Shown piece after piece: positions 1 through 13,700 of a stretch of DNA of 64,000 bases. The DNA lies in NCBI RefSeq assembly GCF_009914755.1, contig NC_060931.1; one strand, given 5' to 3'. The notes beneath the pieces are model-generated. The model did not search any database, was not told the DNA's origin, and was given only the letters and a program-made list of their open reading frames with translations. Position 1 is the first letter of the stretch; each line of letters starts with the position of its first letter. Source of the stretch: the human T2T-CHM13v2.0 reference genome, Homo sapiens. The position numbers and the translations under genes are program-made.

Positions 1-585
1 AAACGTGTATTCCTTAAAAACCACCACATTATACAAATCACACCAATAAAAACACAACAGTAATGAGAGAAATGGGGTTATGGACACAACATTTAAATAT
101 GTTGTCAGTGAAAAATAAAAGGAACATAGTAAAAATCGGTAGCATAGTTTCACACAAGTTATATGGTTAAGAAATACATTGAAACTACAAGATATATGGC
201 ACTTCACCTTGAAAAAAGCCCCAGAGTTCACTCGGAGGAGTAAGAGCTGAAAAGGCTATAGTTGTGAGTGTTTGGGAAGAGGTAGAAGCAAAGGTGTTGA
301 AATCGGACGGAAGTAACACCAGACATGGATGCATGTGGCCTGTCACATGCGGAGAACCCAGGCAGTGGCAGCTTGATGGTGTGCAGCCATGTGTTTTATG
401 AATTTCTACAGACTCAATTCCTGGGCTGCAAGCAGTTTTTCTGCATTCACTTAGTGCTTCTCCCAGACCAAATCACACATATGCGAACAGGAAATTAACC
501 TGATGCTCAAATTGTTCTCTAATCTATCAATTACATTGAAACAAAGTCACATTTTCAAAGCAAGCATTTTAACAGAAGTGACTGC
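1..585 (-). mobile_element. TcMar-Tigger DNA transposon remnant (Tigger13a-like)
   Basis: Ends in the TIR-like ...ttttaacagaagtgactg; internal segments match the remembered Tigger13a consensus in reverse. Confidence 0.55.
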
Positions 586-1034
586 ACCTAGGTCCTCCCT
601 CTACGGAGCTTACAGTCTCCTTCAGAATAAAATATGGACAAATAGGAAATACTGGATTCGTAAGTGCCAAACTAATATGCAGGTGTTTTGGAAAGGGAGG
701 GGCCGCTGGGGCAGTCAAAGAAGTTTGTTGCAAGAGGCAATTCCGGAAGAAATGACCTAAGCAAAGTCAGAGAAGTGGAGGTAATTGTGATGGGAGAAAA
801 GAGAGGAAGAGGTAGAGGACAGAGAGGACAGCTGCTCAGGGGTGAATGAGAAACAGGTTTGAGCAGAAGCTGGGCTGGCTGTGATAAATACTGAGGAATG
901 TCACTGGAATGTCACTGCAAAGGAGGTGTTTTTTAATGTTTGGGTGTAAATCAAGTCTGTAGCACAGACTGAGGGAATGAATATTTTACAGAATTGCTGT
1001 CATCGTTCTGTATCTTACAGCCCATTCTGTTCAT

Positions 1035-1563
1035 TTCTCATTCAATAATATTTATTGAGTTTCTGTTGTATGCCAAACGCGTTCACAACTGTGGATTCAG
1101 CTGTGAACACAACGGGTGAAGCATCTACCGTAAGGAGTGGACATCCTAGCAGAGCAGGCACGTGGCTGCTGGTTAAGGAGACGGGCACCCAGTGAGCTCA
1201 AAAAGCAGCCAGGGCTGCGGCATGAGGCAGAATCAGGAGTCAGGGAAGGATGAGCCGTGGAGGAAGATGGCTGTCTCAGAGAGGATGGCCAGAGAGGTCC
1301 TCTCTAGAGAATTGACATGTGAATCCCGAGGTGCCCAAAAGGAGTGGGAGCAGGTCTCAAAAAGTTGGTCCCAGGCAGGGGAAGCAATGGATGGAAAAAT
1401 CTGACATGTGGAGAGGCAGCCACAAGTCTGTGGGGTGGGAGCGGTAGGAGAGGATGTGGGCTGGAGTCCATGGGTAGGAGTTGGGGCTTTATCCTCAGTT
1501 CCGTGGAAAGCTGCCAGGTCATGTTGAGCAGGAGTGTGTTGTGATCGGATTCACTTTTTAAAA
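1035..1563 (-). mobile_element. L2 fragment (resumes at ~3133-3470 after the L1 insertion)
   Basis: Typical L2 3' end cattcaataatatttattgag...; gattcac-tttttaaaa-gataattttg continues across the L1. Confidence 0.55.
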
Positions 1564-1934
1564 AATTATTTTATTTCCATAGGTTATTGGGGAACAGGTA
1601 GTGGTTGGTTACACAAGTAAGTTCTTTAGTGGTTATTCGTGGGATTTTGGTGCACCTATCGCCCAAGCAGTATACACTGCACTCAATTTATAGTCTTTTA
1701 TTCCTCACCCCTTTCCACTCTTTCCTCCTGAGTCCCCAAAGTCCGTTGTGCCATTGTGTCATTCTTATGCCTTTGCATCCTCATAGCTTAGCTCCCATTT
1801 ATGAGTGAGAACATATGATGGTTAGTTTTCCATTCCTGAGTTACTTCATCTAGAATAATAGTCTCTAATCTCACCTAGGTTGCTACAAATGCCATTAATT
1901 CATTCCTTTTTTATGGCTGAGTAGTATTCCTTCG

Positions 1935-2030
1935 TATATATATATAATACATATATATGTATAATATATATTATATATATTATGTATATATAAAATACAT
2001 ATATATGTATAATATATATATTATATATAT
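1935..2030. repeat. (TA)n-rich low-complexity tract inside L1
   Basis: tatatatatataatacatatatatgtataat... Confidence 0.9.
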
Positions 2031-2147
2031 TCTTGCAATTGTGAATTGTGCTGCTATAAACATGTGTGTGCAGGTATCTTTTTCATATAATTACTTATTT
2101 TCTTCTTGGTAAATACCTAGTAGTGGGATTGCTAGATCAAATGGTAG

Positions 2148-2675
<528 letters not shown>

Positions 2676-3491
2676 TAAGTCTAAGACCTGAAACTATAAA
2701 AATTCTAGAAGATAACATCATAAAAACCCTTCTAGACATTGGCTTAGGCAAGAATTTCATGACTAAGAACCCAAAAGTAAATGCAATAAAAACAAAGATT
2801 AATAGCTGGGACTTAATTAAACTAAAGAGCTTTTGCGGGGCAAAAGGTAAGGTCAGCAGAATAAACAGAAAACCCACAGAGTGGGGGAAAATCTTCACAA
2901 TCTATACATCTGACAGAGGACTAATATCCAGACTCTACAATGAACTCAAACAAATTAGCAAGAAAAAAACAAACAATCCCATTGAAAAGTGAGCTAAGGA
3001 CATGAATAGACAATTCCCAAAAGAAGATATACAAATGGCCAACAAACATATGAAAAAATGCTCAACATCATTAATGATCAGGGAAATGCAAATCAAAACT
3101 ACAATGAGATACCATCTTACTCCTGCAAGAATGATTCACATTTTTTAAAAGATAATTTTGCTTATACTTGGAGAAGCTCTAGGGGAAAAAACTGGAAACA
3201 CAAAGAGGAGGTATGGGAGAGTTGATGGTGGCTTGGACCTGGGTGGTGGATGTAAGCAGGGAAGGAAGGAAGGAAGGGAGGGAGAGAGGGAGAGAGGGAG
3301 AGAGGGAGGAAGGAGAAAGAAGAGAGCTGGATTCAGTGTTTTGAAGTTAAAGCCCACAGGGTGCACTAATAGACTGCTCGTGAAATATGAAGGAAAGTGA
3401 AAATTGAGGATAACTTCAGCTCTGCCCCCTTCCCCAGAACTGAGTAGATGGAGATCTAATTCACTGCGATGTGGATGACTGGGAGGGCGGA

Positions 3492-3865
3492 GTGTTGTGT
3501 GGACTCCCCACCCCAGATTCATATGTTGAAGAGCTAATTGGTTGTGAGGACCTCAGAATGTGACTGTCTCTGCAAATCGGGCCTTTAAAGAGGTAATTAG
3601 GTTAAAATGAGGCCATAGAGGTGGAACTTACTCTAATATGACTGGTGTCCTTATGAGAAGAGAACATTTGGACCCACAGTGAGACACCAGGAATGCACTG
3701 CCACAGAGAAAAGATCATGTGAGGACACAGTGAGAAGGTACCGTCTGCAAGCCAGGGAGAGAGGCCTCAAAGGAATCCATCCCAGCCGGCTCCTTGATCT
3801 CGGGCTTTCGGCCTCCAGGACTGTGAGAAAATAAACTCCTGTTACTTAAGCCACTCAGTTTGTGG
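3492..3865 (+). mobile_element. MaLR LTR (MLT1B-like)
   Basis: cctcagaatgtgactg...gttaaaatgagg...ggactgtgagaaaataaa hallmark MLT1 motifs. Confidence 0.8.
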
Positions 3866-4939
3866 AAAGAGAGAACTCAAGGGGGCTTTATTTTAAATAT
3901 GTTAGAAAGTGTCAAATGAAGTTCAAAAAAAAAAAGACTAAAGACTCTAGGTTAAGCTTACATAAGAGACCCAAGGACAGCAAATCATTTTGTTGGGGAT
4001 AAAAGTGATATTTGTAGGCAATAATGCAGCTTCTCTGATTTTGTACTAAATACGTTTTAGTAATTTTTTTGTGGCCCAGCTGAGGATAGCTTCTCGAGAT
4101 ACCCTTATGGTTTAACTGTATTTTTCACGCACTGTTACTGGCTAAGGTCAGTGGATCAAAGAGACACAGTAGTCTATGCACGTTTCCGATTTATTAGGTT
4201 ACGACAGTAGGGAAACTTTCTCCTTAGTCTAGTCCATGAATCTGCTCACCAATGAAAAGGAAATATAGCTAGGAATTATAGCGTTACTGACTCCGTAATA
4301 CTTCAATAAAATCTGTTCCCAGTTTGAGAAGGAGTCGGGCAAACACAGGAACTTGCTTAAGGAAAATAACCATGATATAGATAACCAACAGAAAGTCTAG
4401 AGTAAGAAACCTACCCCACTCCCTTTCTAGCAGTGATTGCCTATTACAGGAGAAAACAGATTGGAAGAACAAAGGGGAAAGACTCAACAGAAACTGTAAT
4501 GTGACATAGCTTAGTCTCCTGAAAGGAGCAAAGAAAATCAGCTCAGGAGTAAATCAGGATCTCTCTTCTCTTGCCAGGACAAATTCTTCACTTTTAAGAT
4601 CAAGATTAGGGAGCTGATTAGAACAGGTTAGCTTCTGTTTATATATGAGCAGTTTTTAATTCCATAGCCATTTTAGAAGAAAAATCTGAGTAATCATCGC
4701 CTCAATGACAGAAGCTAGATCAACCTCCCACAAGCTGCAGCTTTAGAATATTGGATGGAAGGAAATTGATCCTGAGATGTGGAATCCCACAATATTTTCA
4801 CTAACAGGTTTCCATGAGAAGTGGGTGCTTCATTCATTCTTGTCTACACACCTATTTCTGCACTTCCTCCTACAATATCTCTTTTGAGCCAGCCTCAGAC
4901 CAAACACGACTGCATTCCAAACAGTCCTCTGTTATGTTC

Positions 4940-5253
4940 TTTTTTTTATTATTATTATTATTATTTTTGAGACAAAGTCTCACTCTGTCACCCAGGCTGG
5001 AGTGCAATGGCACGATCTCGGCTCCCTGCAAGCTCTGCAACCTACCAGGTTCAAGTGATTCTCCTGCCTCAGCCTCCTGAGTAGCTGGGATTACAGGTGC
5101 CCACTACCACACACGGCTAATTTTTGTATTTTTAGTAGATATGAGGTTTCGCCATGTTTGCCAGGCTGGTCTTGAACTCCCGACCTCAGGTAATCCACCT
5201 GCCTCAGTCTCCCAAAGTGCTGAAATTATAGGCGTGAGCCACTGCACCCAACC
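4940..5253 (-). mobile_element. AluS
   Basis: Full Alu, (TTA)n tail, TSD tgttatgttctttt at 4930 and 5255. Confidence 0.95.
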
Positions 5254-5629
5254 TTGTTATGTTCTTTTCTTGGAGGTCTGTGGGAACTGGTATGAAGGTG
5301 GTACACTATAAAGAAAATAACTTACATGGCCAACTAGAGTTCTGAAAAACCCTCTTCTTTAACACAATTAAAGCTCATTAAGGTTATGTTGTGCTGCAAA
5401 GTGGCCTTTTCAAAGAGTGTGAGAGGTGCATTTTATTCACATATATTTGCACTGAGTTCAAGTATCCCTAATTCTCATTATGTGTAATGCATTTACTGTG
5501 AAAAGACATAGAATATTGAAACCACAACATGACATGCATACAATTCATAACAAAGCTTTCAAGCTATGAAATATTTCATGGTAGGACAGAGAAGCACACT
5601 CCGAGTTCTTTGTAGTAGAGTTATTTGGT

Positions 5630-5850
5630 GTCACATAACGATTAAGAACAATGGCTCCAGTCACAAAGGCTTGAGTTTAATCCTTGCTCAACTTTTAATT
5701 GGCTGTTACTTTGGACAATTACTCTCTCTTAAGCCTATTTCCACTTGAAAAAAATGGGTAATAACAATGTCTGTCTTGTAGGATTACTGTAAAGATGAAA
5801 ATTGTATTATCAAAAGCTGAGTATAGTGCTTGGTATAGAGTGAAGAGGGC
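5630..5850 (+). mobile_element. MIR
   Basis: MIR core-like ttggacaattactctctcttaagcc...aaaatgggtaataaca. Confidence 0.6.
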
Positions 5851-5864
5851 CCGCATTGGTATCT

Positions 5865-6715
5865 GTGATGATGATGGTGGTGATGGTGATGATGATGTTA
5901 ATGATGTTAATGATGATAGTGATAATGATGGTGATCCTGATGATGGTGTTGATGATGATGGTGATAATGGTGATGATAATGATAGTGATAGTGACAATGG
6001 TGTTAATGATGTTAATGATGATAGTGATAATGATGATGATCCTGATGATGGTGTTGATGCTGGTGATAATGGTGTTGATAATGATAGTGATAGTGATGAT
6101 GGTGTTAATGATGATAGTGATAATGATGGTGATCCTGATGATGGTGATAATGGTGATGATAATGATAGTGATAGTGATGATGGTGTTAATGATGTTAATG
6201 ATGACAGTGATAATGATGGTGATCCTGATGATGGTGTTGATGATGATGGTGATAATGGTGTTGATAATGATAGTGATAGTGATGATGGTGTTAATAGTGA
6301 TGGTGATGATGGTGATCATGATGATGGTGTTAATGGTGACAGTGATAATGATGGTGATCATGATGGTGTTAATGGTGATGGTGATAATGATGGTGATGAT
6401 AATGATAGTGATAGTGATGATGGTGTTAATGGTGATGGTGATAATGATGGTGATCATGATCGTGTTAATGGTGATGATGATGGTGATGACGATGGTGATG
6501 ATAATGATAGTGATAGTGATGATGGTGTTAATGGTGATGGTGATAATGATGGTGATGGTGATAATGATGGCGATGATAATGATAGTGATAGTGATGATGG
6601 TGTTAATGGTGATGATGATAATGATGGTGACAGTGATGATGTTGATGGTGTTAATGGCGATGATGATGATGGTCATAATGATGATGATGGTGATGCTTCT
6701 GATGCTGATAATGTT
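5865..6715 (+). repeat. ~850-bp (GAT/GGT/AAT)n degenerate trinucleotide repeat with higher-order units
   Basis: Strict 3-nt periodicity; anchor gatagtgatagtga recurs seven times. Confidence 0.95.
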
Positions 6716-7540
6716 AAACTGAACCAAGTCTCTCTGAAATGAAATGTGGTGCAGCCTTCTTAGATCATTGGGCAAAAAGAAGGCCTCTCAGGACATGTTT
6801 CTGCTGTAGCTTGTGCCACTCAAGTCCTTGGGATGCTTTGTAATAAGAAATGAAAGTTAGCTGAATGTATTTTACAGAAATGCACCATTTAATACTCCCT
6901 TACATAATGCAGGATCAGGAGATATAGAAGTAGACAATCATGTTGTAACTTTTAATAAATTGTTCAATCATAGTATTCAATGCTGCTGCACCATTGATTG
7001 TATTAGCAAGCATCAAAAAAATCCTTAAATGATAATGTAGCTGACTTACACAAAATAAACTTAAGATTACTGTTTTGGTCAAAGAATTTTCTTGGGTCAG
7101 TAGAGGGAGATGAGGAAAAGAAAAATATTTTATTATATTGTAGTATATTAAATAGGTTTTATTGTATTTCTTTTTTAAAAAATATACAAGTGAGTATTCT
7201 CTCAAACCTTAGACTTTTTCACCCTGGCCTTTCATTGTTACTTGACTGGCTGTTACTTTGGTCCTATTTTTAACTAGCAAAAGATCAGACAAAATAAAGG
7301 GAAGAAAAGACAATTATCTAAAAATGCAACATGTACAACTGCACAGTCTAGAAATAACTTGGGTGTCCACATGTGAGGTAAGCATCTGGAACTAGCAAAC
7401 CATGGTGAGACATTGTAGACTCATCCCCCTCCCATTATGGACTTGACCTCCCATCCCATGCTCCTGGAGATCTGGTCTATGATGAGATTTCTCTCATATC
7501 TCTATGAGAGATACTGTTGTCGTTTCCTTCTGAGTATCTA

Positions 7541-8050
<510 letters not shown>

Positions 8051-8139
8051 TTAACTAACAGTGCTTACTGGGTTTTATCACATAAGTTCATATAAATCAA
8101 TCAATATGATTACATATCTGTTCAATGAAATGATTCCAC

Positions 8140-9495
8140 CAGAGGTTCTCAAAGTGTATCTGAGGACCCTGGGGGTACCCAGCACCTTTCTTAGGACATC
8201 TAGAAAGTCAAAACTATTTTCATAATGATATCAAGATGTTATTTGCCTTTTGTACTTTCATTCTCTCATGAGTATGAAAAATTAATCAATTTGGTTTCAG
8301 AGTGCACATTACAACTAACCTTGTCAGGTTTTGATATAGTATCAAATAAAAATATTCGCAGTTATCTGATAAAGCAATTAAAACATCCTCCTTTTCCAAC
8401 TACATATTTTTGTGAGGCTAGATTTCTTTTATATACTTAAACCAAGAGTAATATATTGCAACAAATTGAAAGCAAAAGCAGATGTTGGAATCTGGCTGTT
8501 TTCTATTGTTTTCCTTCTTCTATTAAAGTCAAGGTTACTAAGATTTGTAGAAATCTAAAACAATGCCACTCTGCTCACCAAATTTTTTTGAAAATAATTT
8601 TGCATAAAATGTGCTGATTATAGTAAGATATAATAGATTTTCATTTTGAATACTTAAATATTCAACATTTTTTCATTTTATTATTGTAAATATACAATAA
8701 TTCACAATAATATATTACAATATATAATATATATTTACAATAAAATTATATATTTACTGTAACAAATTATATTATATATATATTTATCCCTTATATATAT
8801 TTTATATATATCCCTTATACACATATACATATACATGCACATACATATATAATGTGTGTATATATCTCTTATAAACACATACACATGTGTACACACACAC
8901 ATATATGCACACATACTTATATATGTGTGTACATATTTATCCCTTATAAACACATATACACACATGTACACACACATATGTGCACATACATATATATGTG
9001 CATGTATATATCCCTTACATATACACACATATACATGCACACATATATGCACACATACATATATATGTGTGTGTATATATTTATCCCTTATAAACACATA
9101 TACACACGTATATGCACACATACATATATATGTGTGTGTATATATTTATCCCTTATAAACACATATACACACGTATATGCACACATACATATATATGTGT
9201 GTGTATATATTTATCCCTTATAAACACATATACACATGTATATGCACACATACATATATATGTGTGTGTATATATTTATCCCTTATAAACACATATACAC
9301 ACGTATATGCACACATACATATTTATGTGTGTGTATATATTTATCCCTTATAAACACATATACACACGTATATGCGCACATACATATTTATGTGCATGTA
9401 TATATTTATCCCTTACGAACAAAAGCTCTTTGGGGTCCTCAATAGCTTCTAAAGGTGCAAAGGGTTTCTGAGACCAACATGTCTGAAAGCCACTG
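8140..9495. mobile_element. hAT-Charlie1-like DNA transposon, internally deleted and interrupted by a VNTR
   Basis: Termini cagaggttctcaaa ... tctgaaagccactg; aaaagctctttggggtcctcaata matches the remembered Charlie1 end. Confidence 0.7.
8770..9415. repeat. 65-bp minisatellite (CA/TA/TG-rich)
   Basis: ttatccctta at 9081, 9146, 9211, 9276, 9341, 9406 (exact 65-bp spacing), with degenerate copies upstream. Confidence 0.95.
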
Positions 9496-9658
9496 AATTA
9501 CCTTAACAGCTCCTAGGTCTGAAAGTTTATGGTTCTAAAAAATGCCCAGCACTTGCTGTTTCTATGAGGAATAAAAGTGATTGTCTCACCATCAACACTG
9601 TCTACAACACTGTTAGGGAGACAAAGCTTATCTACATCAAGATGATGGATTAGCTACT

Positions 9659-10017
9659 TTTCTTAGTTCTTTCTAGCTCCCACAACAAAATACCGTAAAC
9701 TGGGTGGCTTATAAACAAGAGAAATGTATTGCTCACGGTTCTGGAACTTGGAAGTCCAAGATCAAAGTGGAAACAGATTCAGCATCTGGTGAGGGCCCGT
9801 TCCTCATTGACAGTCATCTTGCTGTATTCTCATATGGTGGATGGGACTAGAGGTCTCCCTCTGGGATTTCCTTTATAAGGGCATTAATCCTATTCAGGAG
9901 GTAACATTCATGACCTAACCCCTTCCGGAGGCCTTGCCTCCTAACACCATCACACTGAAGGTTAGGATTCTGACATAGGGATTTTGGATGGATGCATGCA
10001 TTCAGACCACAGTGACA
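9659..10017 (-). mobile_element. MaLR LTR (MLT1A-like)
   Basis: aactgggtggcttataaacaa...ggaagtccaagatcaa...tctggtgagggc motifs. Confidence 0.8.
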
Positions 10018-10529
10018 GCCTACAATCAAGTTCTAAATTGTGTAGTTCAAACTAGGAGAACTGTGAGGAGATGGTTTTGGGGAAAGTGACTTCTGCATTT
10101 GCCTCAGTGATTTTCCCTGCGATGACACGTGGCCTGCTCTGAACAGTGTTTGTTCCACAAAATGCTCCTGTCCTTTATTCAGAAACTTTCTATTGAAACC
10201 AATTTTTATCTCAATAACCTGATTTTTAATCTCACAAAACTGGACCTGGTGACTTTGAATTACTATATTAGAACCTTGTAAATTGCCTTGTTTACTGATT
10301 GTTTTAACACAAGATCCTGTCATCTCACTAGACTATGTAAATTTGCAGATAAAAATGCCCATCTTAGATTGGTCAGCCTGGGGGTGAAAATGGACTCAAC
10401 CACTTCTATCTATTGATTAAAGGACTCTGAGTAAGTCTCCTAAGTATATGTTTTTTTTTCAATCTGTAATATCAGGATGTTAGCTGTCATTTTTAAGCCC
10501 CTGTGATATCCCATGTGATCCAAAAGACA

Positions 10530-10730
10530 CTTTGTATAATTCATCAATTCTCAAAACAACATGCTGAGATAACATAATTTTCATTCTCTATAAATGGGGA
10601 AACCGAAGATCAAAGAATTGAATCATGGCTAAAACCACACAACTGGTAAGTGGAAAGGAGTTCCACTTTAATTGAACTTATAACTTTGATCTAAGCTGTC
10701 TGATTCTAAAGCTAGTGATTATTTTCCTAT
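10530..10730 (-). mobile_element. MIR
   Basis: ataaatggggaaaccgaagatcaaag...cacacaactggtaagtgg. Confidence 0.55.
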
Positions 10731-13700
10731 TATTTTGATGGTCAGCTCTTAAGAGTTCTTGCAATAGTTGAATAAAGTGAAGCCTGTGATAGCCTAGTGC
10801 GATGTCAGGTACGTAGTCAGTGGTCACTCAGCCTTGGTTCCCCTTGTCCTGCCCTTCTCCTGGGCCACAGTGCTTTGTAGAGCTGTATTGTACCATCCCA
10901 GTAGGCTTAGCCACACAGAGCCCATGAGAACAAGCTTTGCACTTAGATATGCTGTCCATGTATTTGACAATTGATTTGCTGTCCTGACTTTGCTATTACC
11001 TATCCTCCTGATCATGGACAAGTTCCTCCGCTTCTCTGGGCTTTGGCTTTCTTTTCTGTAAAAGGATGAATTTGGACAAGATTACCATCAGATCTATAGA
11101 TTTTCTACCTTATAGATCTGTACTATTGCTGAGATTTTTGTGACAAGCTTAGGAGTTCCCCAAAATAATGAAACTGTGCTATTTGAACATTTTCTCTGAA
11201 TCTCAGAGGTACAAATTTGGAAATCTACATTGTCATTAAGGAAATGTGATGTATAAGAAAAACAGTAAAGTATAGCTGCCGTATACCGTACTTCTTAGGT
11301 ATAAAATTCATGCTATAAAATGACTTTCTTCATCTGGTGTCAAACCCTAAATAATGGGAAATAATGCAAAGGAAATATGTTTCCTGATAGTCAATAGAAG
11401 GAATGACGGACCCAGCAGCCATGTGAGGGTATATTTAAACTAAGACCTTCATTTCATGCTTCTCATGATTCTAATTCTCATTTTCCCGTCGAGTTAAAGG
11501 GGGAGGATTGAGTTTAACATGTGGGAAGAGTAAGATGCCTTGGTTCTTCCATTGTTAGTTTTCCATATTCACCATGTTGTATAATCATTAAGCATATTTA
11601 ATCGTGGTTATTGAGTTAAAAATGAAGTGTTACCACCCGGTTTTGCAGCATGTGCCGTAATTGTTAATCTGGTTATGCCAGGTTGCTATGCATAAACAAT
11701 GTCTCACATCAATTTAGAAAATATGATCATTACTGTTTATGAACTGATAATATAGAAAAAACCATTTAGAATGGATAGAAGGAAAATATCATTTTTCTAA
11801 AGAAAAGCAAAAGAAAACATGTCGTTGGCAGAGTAACAACATGAATCATAGAATCTAGAAGCTCGTAAGGGTCTGAGAAACCATGGGCTCCAGCTCACCA
11901 AGTACCAGAATGTGAAGTGATGTGTCCAGGTGCCATGTCCCCCAGAGGATGCTCAGGTCTAAGGCTGAAATGGCCAATCTGTTCAGAAGCACATGGGTCT
12001 CCTTTCCTAATAAAGGAAGTAGCTAAGATCCACCCTTAAGGCGGCAAAGTGTGTACTAAGGCATCAAAAGGACAAGTCAGGTAGTGAGTAGGTCACTTAT
12101 TACCAGACTCAATACCAGTAGCTCCTGCAGAAGAGGGGATGACTTTTCCTCTGAAAACAAGAGTACAAGTGCCTGGTCTCTGGGTGTGCCTATGGGGAAA
12201 TTCTGCCCTGGTTCTGGGGCTCAGTCTGATTCCAAAGCACACAGTCCTAAGAATGGGGCTTTCCACGCCTCAGCCCCTGTGTCTTCCCCCTTCACCTCCT
12301 ACAACACTGCCCCAGTCCGTGTGGGTCAACTCTCCTTTTTCTCAAAAGCCTTCACTTCTAAAAGCAAGGTTGTTTATTAAGTTAAGTGACAAAGAGATAC
12401 TGCAACAATAATAAGCTGTGATCAAAGACTGGGTTGATGTTCCACATCACAAGCACTTTCATTGGAAGTTTCTAGGATTCCAGGATGTCTGTTTCTGTGA
12501 ATCCCACTCAGAAGACTGTGTCTTCATTAATCAGAGAGAAGACAATGCAAAATTTTAAGCTCTGGTAATAGTCTATGTAAACTGACTATTGTCCATTTAT
12601 TTTGTCTCTACTGAGTTTAAAGATTCAGTAATACCCCATTTATGTGTCGATCCAATCAGACAGGTACCAGAGGTGTCTCTCTCTGGGGTAGCAAACTCAG
12701 AGGGGACAAAAATGACAGCTCTACTATTGGTTGTGGTTGCGAACACATATATTGTTGCAAAGAGGAAGAGCCTATTGAAATCAGACGTGGGCAGGTGTTG
12801 AGTTCTACTGTGATTTGCTATTTTCCATCATACAGAGCAAGGACAACCAGAACTGCAAAGACAGAGGCCAGCAGTGGTAATGAGGACTGAAGAGAAGTCC
12901 CAGCATGGACAGGAGGCCCTTATCATTTTTAAACAGCACAATTCCCTCCATCTTACCTTTGGCACTGGAGATAAATGAAATAGGCTGTTCTGTTTGAAAA
13001 GAGTGTACCTGCTCAGTGGGACCAGCAAGCACCATGTGGCCATACTGTGACAGTCATCAAAAGAAAGAGTGCACCTTCCTTTGCAGTGATAAGGGGGTCA
13101 CAGAGAAAGCCTGGGGGTCAAAGCTAGATACAAGGCATCAGGCTGCCACTCTCATCCAGGGACACAAACATTCTTGTCTCCAATATTGGATCTGAAAGTA
13201 AAATCAACATATTCTGAAGGAAAAGGATCCAGTGAAGGAGGACAGTATTATTCAGGGAGGCCTTGCTATACCTTTATCTCCGGGGTTTCCTGCCTTACAG
13301 GAAGATGTTGCCTTATAGAAAGATTTATGAATGAGATGCTTTGATGAAAGTCTGTAACCAAAACTCTTAGCTATGTGGATGGATAACTATAGCCAGCTTC
13401 CTGGTTTCAAGGAAAAAGTTCTCAAAACTCTCTCTACATTTTGCATCCTGAAATAATCAATGTATCTACCTCCCTGGATAGACAATTAGCTTCTTGAGAA
13501 CAAGTACCCTGAATTGTTCACTTTCAATTCCCTGGCTGCCAGCACAGTGCCTTGAACTGAACTGAGCTTCTACCTAAGCATCTGTATCTTCTGCTAAAAG
13601 AGACCTGCCTGCTCCATCCATTTTTAACAGGACTCTTTCCTAATATTTGCTTTTAATTAAATGGAATATTCATCAAAGTGAAAAACATGCTTCACTTAGT

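Noticed and set aside
5795-6775. Three ~300-aa ORFs (Asp-rich DSPP-like; Ile/Thr; Met/Val)
   Set aside because: By-products of a trinucleotide repeat lacking stops in those frames; the Asp-rich ORF starts inside a MIR; no promoter or splice support.
8770-9415. Regularly spaced repeats as a CRISPR-like array
   Set aside because: Units are near-identical throughout with no unique spacers; eukaryotic minisatellite, no cas genes.
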